Below are positions 27,550 to 39,500 of a DNA stretch of 64,000 nt, piece by piece. Source of the DNA: Phoronis australis (lineage: Eukaryota; Animalia; Phoronida); assembly GCA_002633005.1 (NCBI GenBank), contig NMRA01000062.1, positions 543,981 through 607,980 on the forward strand. The letters are read 5' to 3'. Position 1 is the first letter of the stretch. Each line of letters starts with the position of its first letter. Under the pieces are notes generated by a model. The model was given only the letters and a program-made list of their open reading frames with translations. It ran no database searches and was not told the origin of the DNA. The position numbers and the translations under genes are program-made.

Positions 27550-30500
27550 GTTTGTGATTTACATCATCTCTGATATGTGCAGTCAAACATGGCCATGGCC
27601 TTATAAACGCAAGAATACATTTTTAGGAAAACGCCCTAAGACCTCGAATACTACTCATGGTTTTGTGCTCGAGGGTCATGCGGCTTCTTGAGAGATAAGG
27701 CTAGACAACCTTGTTCTCGTGTCTTCCGTTAATTAGCGATGATCAAAATTTATTACAGCCCCATGCTAAAAAACATGGGGCAAAAATCAATTCAAAAAAA
27801 CATTCAATAAATGATAGGAAACAGGAAATAAAAACGCAACAGGAACAGTGAATTTAATATTCAAACTTGTGTACACCAGAATGAATTTGGATCTGGAATT
27901 TGGAGATATTCTCAATACTTCAAATGATCAGAACGAGAGCACTACGTCTATTTTAGGGGTCCACAAGTATGCTGTCAATGCAGTACTTTATGGCGATTCG
28001 GGTTGGCCAAATTCACACTACAAACAACATGAAAATATGCTAAGGCTCTGGAATCGTTTAGTTCTAATGGATGAAAGCAGAATTGCAAAAAAGTCTTTTT
28101 ATGGGACCTTAAACATCGGAACTCCTGTAACTGGTCAAGTTCAATATTTAAAATTACGGAGAAGTGCGAATTTTTAGAAAATTTCAGGAACAAACAAATT
28201 GTGTCTCTCAAAAACTTCAAAACATTCAGATTACAGTTAGAAGAGTCAAACTGGTTAAAGATAATCACTGAGAAACCAAAACGGTACTTATATAGATCGG
28301 TAAGAATGACTATTTAGTAGAAGAGTATTTACGTCTGCTGATGTCTCAGAGGTCCGTCATAGCTCGATTGAGAGCAGGTATACTACCATTAGAGGTTGAG
28401 GTGGGGCGGTACTTCGGAATTCCTGTGAATGAACCGATTTGTCGTGTTTGTAAAAACGGAATTGAAGATGAAGTTCATTTCATTTTTTATTGTGAAAAAT
28501 ATACTCACATTCGACCATACTTTATACGGGATTCTGTCCTACCTCAAATATTTCAAAATAACTTAAAAAGTCTAGCGAAATTCATTCAAGACGCTTTGTA
28601 GGTTAGAAGTAATTGTTTGTTTATAAACTAGTCTGAAGTGGTCATATTTAAGCTTGTGCAATATGTTATGTAGTGATTTAATCATTATTAGGTGACTGAG
28701 TAAGGCCATTGAGGCTGGGGGGTGTGGTGAATATTCTGTCTTTGATATTGTATTTACTGGCACCCTTATGTCACCATAATAAATAAATATATTAAAATAG
28801 AACACTTGGCAAAAACTCGTTGAAGGCAGAGGCGGATCCAGGATTTTGAGTTAGCCCCCTTGCCTCCCTGAATCCGCCACTGGACGGTTACCCCAATACA
28901 AAGTCACAGCCAGGTATAACAGGATACGGTGTGTGCATTGTGTATTGGCACAATGATTAAGTGAATATCTTAAACAGAAGCCGTAACCTCGAAAAGTGTA
29001 AACACTCATGATTTTCAAAGGATTGAATCTAATGTATTTGTGTGTTCATATTCAGGACAACTTAACATTCTGGCTTTCTATTTTACAATGTAAACGAAAA
29101 AGGTTAACAACTACATTGTTATTAACAAGCATGTAAATTTAGCCAAATATGTAGACAACTATTTGTGCTTTCCTGTACATAGAATAAATCCGGCTTCAGT
29201 TGATATGTTGTATTTGCTATTAAGAACAGGTGGACCGCAAACACTACAGTACGCAGTGTGTGGTAGGAGAATTTGTGGTCAAGGGTTTAAAGATTAGGAT
29301 GGAAGTATTGTTCGGGCGGGGTCTTTGCAAAAAACCAATTTGAAGCTGACTTAAGTGTACGCGACATGCTTGACGCATGTTTTTCAAAATTTTACAAATT
29401 GCCACGAATACCACCATTTATGAGTATTCAAACTCATTTACACAATCTAACGACGCCCCTTTTACTCGAATGTTTTGAGGAAATGTGCTGTTAGTGGACT
29501 CCAGTTATAGAAACACCCGTATTAGTTAAATGCGTGAGTTTGCTTTTTATGAAGTTGCTAGTCTTCTCATGCACGTCCTCGTTTAGGCCACGCTCGACCT
29601 CATCAAAGGTTTTACCATTACAGAAAACAGCTATGTCGTCGATAAGACTATCTCAGATTGGAGCGTATTAGCTAAATCGCTAGTATATATAGTAAATAAT
29701 TGGGAACACCAAAGGTAACGGGTAAAATAACAAATGACACTTGTTTCACTTGGGTATATTGGGAAGAGAATGACACTTTAAATACCAGACAGTCGTCAGA
29801 CTGACTGATTACCTGACGCGGAAAACTTGGAACCAAACTAAAGAGGGATTTTAAGACGTCCGAAGTTCTCTTAAACTTGTCTCAGGAATTTGAAATTAGT
29901 TTGTCACTTGCCGGTAGCAGACGACACGGATTGTGGGCGTTAAGTTTGTTTGAAATCATCAGTGCAAAATTGAGCTACAGAAGCAAATCGCTCATACTAT
30001 TTCAAAGTCTCTGTTACAATGCATTTCTTCAACTTGAAAATGTGAACTTTGGTTTCCCCCTGTTTGCGTGGGAATGTTATTTATGATTCACTCCTTGGTC
30101 AGTTGAGGTAGCCAGCCATTTTTAAAAACTGATTTTGCATATTTTCAACAAGCTTTCATATAACTGTTTGTAAATTTTCATTCAGTATCAAATTACTATT
30201 TCGCGGCTTTTTGAGTATTACTGTTGTTCACTATTTCGTTCCACTTTGAGATGACATCAGGTTTGGAAACCAAAAACTCTTCAAGTTCGCCGCAATAACT
30301 ATTGTAATTTTAAGTCATGTTGCCTGAAGTTTTCACACGTGGAAATGGAAAAGTAGTTCTTCCGTATTTCACCGTTGAATAGCACAGTTATTGTGCACGG
30401 CCATGTCATTGCGTGCGCATGATAGATTTCTTAATCAATCAGTGACACCTGCCTGGTGTTGAACGTTAGGCATACTCTGCAAGCACAGTTGAGAAGCTGC

Positions 30501-33500
30501 GAGCTGAACCGTTGTTCTCAAACGAACTGTTTATAGCTTAGCGCACAATTCTCATTGACCTATTCATTACGTTCATAGTAAACAGCGTAAACAGAGTAAA
30601 CAACAATGAGTCAAAAATCATTTTCATTGTCTACGGAAGGCAATCGGCTATTAATACTCCCGTCACACCAGAGGCGCGGTGCCACTACGGTTTTTGGTCA
30701 AAACCGGCATTACCGTAGTGACACCGCCAGCAGTGTTTCATGGCTTTCCCCTACCGTCACACATGCGTGACTGAGGCGCCACTGAGGAACCAGGGTGGTA
30801 CCACAGCGGTGTCACTGCGGACAGGGCGATCCCATTGAATTACCCCTGCGGTTTGAGGGCGGTGCCAATGGGATCATTGGCAGAAGGACTTCGGGACCAG
30901 TGAGGTACCACTGCAGAGAGGACAACGCTACTGCGGTGCTACGGCGGTGCTACTGCGGTGGCCCTACGGCAGCAGGACGGCTCCATGACGTCCTCGCGGC
31001 GGCTATATACAGTATGGAAGGTGGTTTTCGGTTGAATTCATTACCATTTTCGATCATGCTGAGGAGGTTGCTACTGTTATTACTGTTGAATTATTATTAC
31101 TGTTTCTATCTCCTAGTGATGCCACCAAAACGTACTACAACAGATCGGACGGTCGGAGTGGGAAAAGCCAGCAAGAAGACACTTACTCCAACACCAGCAG
31201 GTGATGAGTCTTCACATGATGAGCACAACGATGGGGCTGCTGGTGCTGAAGCTGCTGCTGTGTTTGACCACCAGTCCGAAGTCAGCCAACCAAAGAAGAA
31301 AAAAGTCCTCACTGATCTGAATGAGAAGGAGGAAGAGGCCATGGCGGACTGGCTAGGTGACCATTCGGAGGTATATAACAAGAAGCTCAGTGCTTATAAA
31401 GATTAGGTGAAGAAGAACGAGGCGTGGACTGAGCATGCAGCCAGACTTGATAAGCCAGTAGCACTCCTGCTGGTATGGTATCGTTCTATAACGACACACC
31501 GTACGGCAAGCTGGCTAAGATGAAATCGGGCACAGGGACTGCAAGAGGACAGAGAGGGATGCTTGGATCCTCCAGAAGTTACTTCGTTAGCGTCGTGCAT
31601 ATTAGAATTTTCTCTCCAGGCACCAAACTCGACGTCGTGGTTGTCATCTTCCCGATCCACTGCAGCGTTCTGCATTGCTTGGTACAGAATGCGCATTACA
31701 TTTTGGAGGCAGATACAGGCCTCCACAATCAGTCGTGAAGTTTCTGGTTCCTGTTGCATCGTTCCCAGCAGGACCTGCCAGCGCTGGGCAAGAATGCCAA
31801 AGACATTCTCTACGCCCCTCCTGCCCCTCCATATCCGGTAGTTGAAGATACTCTGCTCCTTTGACAGGTATCTCACTGCGCAGGGCTTCATCATGTAGGT
31901 CCGTAGGGCGAAGGCATCGTTAGCTAGCAGGAAATATGGTGTGTCCTGGTCGTCCCCAGATAGTCTGTCTGGTGCTAGCAGGCCGATGACTTCATCGGCC
32001 AGGAGTTCCTTGAGCTCGTAATCGTTACTGATCTGCGCATTAGACATGTATCCATCTCCACTAACATCTATCCAGGGGAATTGGTAATCGGCGTCAACAA
32101 GTCCCATCAACTCCACTGAATAGAATTCTTTATAACTGTGGCACAAGCTGCCACTGATGGGCGGCTTGCGATTTGCAATGTGCTTCCCATCCCGAGCCCC
32201 ACAGTTAGAGGGGGACGCTCCAGCGCTGCTCGAACTTGTCAGCTACAGCTTTCCATTCGTCTCGGGTCGCAGGGCACTGCATCACCTCGCCTTTAAACGC
32301 TTCTACGATGGCCTGGCAGACTTCTTTGACCAGCATAGTGTGTTTGCTTAGATCCGCAATTCGAACTTCTTGCTCGCGTGTGTGTCTCCTGAGGCTAGGT
32401 GGTGAAGAGTTGCAGCCAGCCGCAGTTCGTTCCTGGGTCCAAGACCTTTCTATAGTTGGAGTCTTTCTTCGTGATACGTGGTCCAACCCTGGCAAGTAGC
32501 TCATCAAACAACTCGGGCTGAATCCTGAGGAAGTTCTGGAACGAGGCTGGATCCTCTCTTTTGAGCTCTACCATAAGCTGGTTGAAGTGGCCAAACTGCT
32601 CACGTCTCAAATCACCCAGCCAAGATCTCACCCAGCATTTTCTTCGTCTTGCTCGTCTTCTTTGCATCAGGGCAATCATTGCTTGCTCATCTTCTGCCTG
32701 CTGTTGCTGCATGACGATCAAATTTCTGTTATTATCTGTCAGTCTTTGGAGCTTTCAACACTCACTGTCGATCTGACCTGTTTGAAGATTTTTATAACAT
32801 GAAAGTTCAGCAGAAAACCGAAGATTTTATCTTACAAAACAGGCCCGCAGTAGCACCGTGCAAGCACCTTAGTGCAAATCTCAGTGGAAACGTCATTGCC
32901 GTACAAGAACCTCAGTAACACCGCCGGCACCGCCGTAGGAGCGCAGTGTCACCGTAATAAGATTAACAAAAATTTTTAAAATTCCTCCCTGGCTCCGCAG
33001 CGGTACCCCCATACCCGCACTGCTCGTGGTAACAACGTGGTAGCACCGCCTTAACCGCAGTATAACCGCCACAGGACCGCCGTAGGGTCGCCAGTCTACG
33101 TTTTCGGCGATTGCACGGCGGTTATACTGCGGAAGCAAGGCGGTGATGGAGGTGCTACTGCGGTCCTTGTACGGTACCACTGCGGATTGGCCCAACCCGT
33201 GGTGGCACTGCGGAAGTTTTGGGCATGTTCAATGCTTCCGCCGTGCCACCGCGAAGGTCCGCGGTTTCGACAGTTTTCCTCGGTGCTACGGCTATCAATG
33301 GCGGAACCTCTGCGGAACCACGGCGATCAGGGTTGTGACACTGCAGTTTATGCCGTACAAGCACCGCAGTGGCGCCGCACCTCCGGAGTGACGGGGTTAT
33401 AAGCCCTGAGTTCACTTCACCTGTATGCTGTGAGAAGTTAAACTAACCATGAAAATGAACTCCAGCAAGACTAATCTTATATGTGTTATATTTACGCTGT

Positions 33501-36500
33501 TTACGACGAACGTACATTATAGGTCAATAAACATTTTGTTCGCTGGACATGAACCAAAACCGAACAGCGTTGTATCAGCACGGTGGGTCAAACCAGGACA
33601 CTACCCGGTTCAATTTTCAGTCAGTCAACCTTATCGGTGGAGCAACATTGACTAGACTGGTTATTGAGGTCGAGTGGTGTCTAGCTAAACGCTGCTGCTT
33701 AAGTAGAGCATTTACAGTTAGCTTACAAATGTCAACCCCAGTTTCGGAATAATTTTCGTTTTGCTGTTTTACGGGTGTCGAGTTGCCTAGGTTAGAGTAG
33801 GCGTAGTCAAGGTGACGTTTGCGGATGAATACTGCACTTTGGGATACGAGACATAAAAGCCGGTTGGGAACGTGACGAGTTGAAATTCAATGAAACTCAA
33901 CTGTACCTGGAATTTCCCAATATAGGCCCACGGCCGGATATTCGTAAAACCGTCTTACAAAAACATCAAATGATATCGCATATGCGCCCTGGTATATTTT
34001 TGGAAAGGGGAGCTTGTAAGTTATTTTGTGTAGCAGGCTTTGTTAAACAAACGTTAGCTGTGAAGTTTTTTTGAAAGAAACATACCCTGTTCAATGAATC
34101 TTATTGTAGCTCACTAGTAGGTCTAACAATTTTATCGTCTATACTCAATTTGCATTCAATGAACACAGTGTGTTAAAACTGAGCTCCAGGCTTTGCCAAC
34201 AAAACAACCCACCAGACTTTTAAAACAAGCACATAGTTACAGAAAATACGCCCATCATGGTCGTACTTTTGGAAAGTTTCCAGAAACACGCCCATGGGCG
34301 TACTTTTGGATGGGTCTATTTTCGGAAATTCACGTTATTAGACAAATGGGTGAGGCATGGCAGGTCAACAAGGGAGAATACAGGCATGCGTATGAATGTA
34401 CAGTGTACAAACGTTCGTGAAATATGGTAAGAATAAAGGGAGTCTGTACAGTCCTCGGTGAACCTTGCGGGGTGGGAATTCACACGTCTCAGAAATTGAC
34501 CCGCCTACCCATGAATAATAAAAGAATAGTTGTGCCTAATTTCAAATAAAAAACCGTGTATATGACCTCAGAAACTTAATTCTGTTGCAAAATGTATCCC
34601 CTTCATACCTCTGAAAAGAATGTCAGGCGAACTCCCAAAACATCATGCCCCAAAATTCCACCTCTACACACATGAGCCTGACAAAACATTGGTGTCCACC
34701 AACCACTTTTTGCAATCTTGGGAAGTTTGATAACTACCTCAAATAAATGGACTTTTTTCCTTCATGGCATGACGTTTGTCCTTCGGCTTTCAATCGTGAA
34801 CAATGGAAACCCCAGCGTGTTTGTGAAAATTTATTGCTATGCGGAAATGCTTGAAACATCAAATTTAACATTGACGTCATACTAAACAAAAGCAAATCCA
34901 AGTGTACCCAATAGGAATGGCTTCATTCAAAGATCAAATTCGAATTAATTTTAAAAACTTCTCATTTTAGATTGTCCACATCAACGAAAATAGGTTTTAA
35001 TTTTTACTGATTTTATTAAAATAAAATCGCCAAGAAAGCCAATTTCGTCTTCTAAATTTGTATAAGGAGCCTCTCCTGAAAACGGGTGGAACCCTTCCAA
35101 TATTCATCGGGATGGTTCCGCCCGAAATGGCCCCGCTCTTTGGGCTGGACCCTCTACATGTATAGCGCCACGTTTTTTGGTGGCTTTTGGATGTGCCTCT
35201 ATATTATTATAGGTGGCCTGCTCTAGAAGAGCACACATTAAGTCGGATGTCTTCCCAATACCTTCTCGTTACATTTGCACATAATTATGTTCATGTGTCC
35301 TGAATCTCATTCTTGCAACCGTCTGGAAATCAAAATAAAATGGGGATCATGAAACATAACGCGAAAGATTTCTTCGTGAACCCAATTGGTGGATCGGTGT
35401 GGGAAATGTCACGAACCAAACTTTATTTTGTAAACTTAATAGCCCCTGAAATCGATTAAAAACACTAAATATTTATTTCAGTTTTATAGCTAACGATGGG
35501 GTCTAACGAGAATTAGACAGTTATTCACTCAAAACATTACTGTATCCGAGCATAGAAAAATGGCCACTTATCTTGACTTTGCACATTTTACATAAGAAAA
35601 TGTAAAAAAATAATTCCGAGTTCGATTTGGAGTACAAAGGTTTGACCCGGGGTCCTGATTTCGTTACTACAGAAGTGACATGCCAATCTAATTCATTGGT
35701 TTATTTCAGAGGAGCTGTTGGCATCCTAGGAGACTGATGGCAAAGATCAACAAAACCACGAGCGACAATGTCAGTATGGTAGACTTCATAAACATATGCC
35801 CTGCTTTAGTCTTTCAAATAGACTCCGACGAATGTCGGCAGCCGAACGGCCTCCCACGTCACCTGAATCAGCACAAAAGCTCTGCTAGAACAAAGTCCAA
35901 TGTAACTGCAGTGACCAACAGTTTTACCAAATCTTCGACGTTGGGTATGTTTTTATTTTTTGCTTATTGCAACAGGTATGAATGATAATTGTTATCGACA
36001 TTGCGGTAAATACTACCAGCAGCTGCTTCAGCAACACCAAGGACCAAGTAACATCAGCAGGCAGCAGGAGCAGCTGTACTTGTAGGTAGCAGCTGCAGCA
36101 TTTGCAGTAGCAGCAACAGCAGCAGCAGCACCATCAGCTGCATCACCAGCAGCAACAGCAGCAGAAGCAGCAGCAGCAGCAGCAGTACCATCACGTTAAT
36201 CACTTAATAGGTCAGTTTTAAGGAATCTCTTGAAAAAATAGTTGAGCGATGTGGGTGTACAGAATACATCGAAACGTCTGAAACAATAATACTCCAACCG
36301 AATTAAGCACCCATATCTTTAACTCAGCAGTTGAACTATTTATTCTATTAGAATGGTTAATCACTATATACTGTACAGTCAAAATAACGTATGTGGCACT
36401 TGAAATCTGATGATGACATGCCTGTAATTTAGAAAGGTTTTGTAAATTCTTTTACAGTATGGGGTTCCGGTATGCTTGCTGTATTCATCATTAGCGTTGT

Positions 36501-39500
36501 CGGTTTGGCTGGCGTTGCTGTGGTTCCCGTCATTCAGAAGAAGTTCTACAATGAAGTCTTACACTTCCTAGTTGCTGTAGCTATTGGCGCTCTTACGGGA
36601 GACGCTATGTTACATCTTCTTCCGCACGTGAGTCAACAGTCTTTGCGCATGACAATTTAAATTCCTCGGATGAACCGGAAGTGCACGTTAGTTTTGGCCA
36701 TTTCGTTGTCGTTGCATGGTCCATTGTTTGAATTTGTCTAATGTTTTTGTTTTGAGAGTGGCTGAAGAAAGATACAAGCAAATATGAGGTCGTATTAAAG
36801 CTCCGTTTTTGATCATATCCAAGCTACCTTTATGTCATTACTTGTTTTATTTTGAAAAATATGTTTCCTTGCAGGCCTTAGCGGAGCCACATGTTGAGGA
36901 AACAGGCGATGAAGCTGCAAAGCACAGTGGTGAGACAGTCTGGAAAGGCTTGGTTGGATTATCTGGAGTATTTGTATTCTTTATAGCCGAGCGAACCATG
37001 AATATCATCAACACGGCCAGGAACAACAAGAAAGAAAGATGCAGGCTACAGGTAGAATAGCCTATATACTACAGCCTAGGCTACAGTAACAACCGCCAGG
37101 TTAAAGGTTTAGGTCATTTTATAGCCATCTCTGAACTTTGTTTTTTGTTTCTCTCGGCCTAACGATGATTTAACCTTGGAGTACGGCAACATTTCATAGT
37201 TAAACATTAACAAATACAATTTGAGAAAAAATCACAACAAACATTTTTCCTCATAATGACGACGTTTTTTCTCATAATTACATTTACTTATTGAACAAAT
37301 ATCATTCTCAAGTACTACAATAGTATTGTCTCCTGTTGAACGTGAGGATGATATTTGATTGATATCGAAACGTCGTTTTCAAGCTGCACTCTAGCGTAGT
37401 TTTTATCAGTTGCTTTCCATATTTCTCGCTCTTACGATTTTTCATGTAATAACGACCTTTTTCTCGTAAATACGATTTTGTTTCTTGAAATTATGACTTT
37501 ATTATCTTGTAGAAATATGCGACAATGTTAAAGATGCTATGTCTCGTTAATTTGCGAATATGCGAATGAAGTACTACTTCACAAACAGTCTCGGGTCTTC
37601 CGGTGTGCCGGTAACCATCCGATAACCAGTTACCATTATAATCTCGCGAAAGTCTTCTCTTGCGAGACTATTTTTATGCGCCCACATATTTATATGTGGA
37701 CGCATTATGTCGCCATCCACACCAATCCGACAGTCCGTCCGTCCGGCGTCCGTACGGCGTCCGGCCTCCTCTGCTCTAACTTTGAGGTATGTTTATGAAA
37801 TTTTGTGCCTGAGCGAACATAACATGCATGTTCTGTATTTTTCTGGATATAGCTACACTGTACTCGAGTGTCGATAAAGGATTTTTAAAGTGAAGTTTGG
37901 TTTAGGGACCAGGCCACCTCGTTACTGTTTAGGGCCTGTTGAAGACTGTTGGTCGACTGATTGAAAGCAAAAACTTAGGTCCATGTAAACAAGCTTGTCG
38001 CCCGAACCACCGAAGACAGGCACCGTGCACTTTTTGCTCGAGACTTTCTTTTCAAAAAATGCATAGTGCAAAGATTAACATACACTGCGGTATGGAATAT
38101 TGCAAGAATAAAATATCGTACATGGGTCAAGCATACTACACGTTTATTTAAATGAGTGTGACGTATTAACTCACAGCATCTACAATAGCTGATTTTCGAA
38201 ATAGCCGCGCCATATGACCACAATCAAGTTCTTGGAGGACAGGCGTTCAGCGCCACCTACAGTTCTTATGTAAAGCGGACGGTAGGTTTCAACCTTCTGG
38301 TATAAATGGCGTTTTGAGACCTTTCTTGCTATCATAATTCCGCCAAATATTCAATGATGTGCAGTGGGCGTAGTAATGACCTACATAAAAAGGCAAACCT
38401 CTTGAAATAACCATAGATGAAGGACATAATGTTCCATACACTTGAAGAAGAGACCGCGAATGCATAGACAGTCGTGGCGACTGATAAAGCGGAAAATTTA
38501 TATCCCAGTAGATGTCAAAAAGCTAAAATAAATAATTGAAATTAACGTAATCAAACAATGGGAGGGGTTGACAGAGGGATTGATTTCTCTGTTTTTAAAT
38601 TAACGAATCCCTATGTAGCAGTGAATTTTTGTTCACCGAATCTGAATGAGGGATCAAGCGGAAGTTGCTCTCTCGTTCTCATTACTCTAGAGAGCACCAA
38701 TAAGAAAAGGCCGCTATTGCTAAGACTTTCTAGTGTAGTGTCGTCTTTTACACATCATCGTCTTAATTTCCTGTCCCGCTCTAGTCTCGGTTCATTTTTC
38801 AACTAACTCTACGTTGTTCTTCATTGCAATGTACATTCAAGTTTTGTTCCCTCTCATTTAAAGCTTCCATGTCATGTCATGTCGCAGGTGCAAAAATAAC
38901 AAACAAAATTGCATTCATGATATCCAAGAAACAAAACTGAACCGGTGTTATGTCTAATAGGTCGCCCATAAAATCCTCATCGTTTTTAATTCGTCTCAGC
39001 ATTCTATACATCTTGACGTCGAAGGTTTCCAAACCCCAAGACTCAATTCTTCCATTATGAGTGGTTTTACCATGTAAGAATTGTTACCCCCAGCCATAAA
39101 AGCCTACGCGTCACGTACGTGGGTGTCTGTTTTGACTTCTCGTGCCCCCAGCCCGCATTTTCATTGAAAATACAAGACCGGAGACGATTGAATATACTAC
39201 TTATGATCACGTATTATGTTTTTTTTTTTGTCAGATGAAAATACAGAAAGTGGAAGAAGAAAGCTGTTTGAAGCAAACAGCGGAGGATTTGGAGCTTAAT
39301 GTGAACGGCGGTAAAACGAAACGGGGTAAGTGATGCTTCGATACAAGGGTAATTTTAGTTCGCTCTCCGCGTCATTGTCACATAAATGTCATAGTCTAAT
39401 ATTTGGGCAGTGCAGAGGAGCCGATCAAAACTAAGGTCAGTGAACAAAACAACAGTGTTTGCGCCCAGCCAAGCATTTTGAGTGTGAAAATATACAGATC

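Larger units (their letters stand above)
30655..33399. mobile_element. PIF/Harbinger DNA transposon (degenerate, two-gene), TAA TSD, in ZIP intron 1
   Basis: taa|tactcccgtcacaccagaggcgcggtgccactacgg ... ccgcagtggcgccgcacctccggagtgacggggtta|taa; GC-rich subterminal ccgcag/ctgcgg repeats; carries transposase and MADF remnants. Confidence 0.92.

Noticed and set aside
28931-30419. MTF-1 metal-response elements (TGCRCNC) in ZIP intron 1 at 28931-28937 and 30413-30419
   Set aside because: Attractive for a ZIP10-like gene, but the 7-mer is expected roughly once per 1-2 kb by chance and no cluster is seen.
36015-36190. Poly-Gln/Ala/Ser coding exon in the ZIP gene
   Set aside because: Exons 2 and 3 join in phase without it and no convincing acceptor is present; it is an intronic microsatellite.
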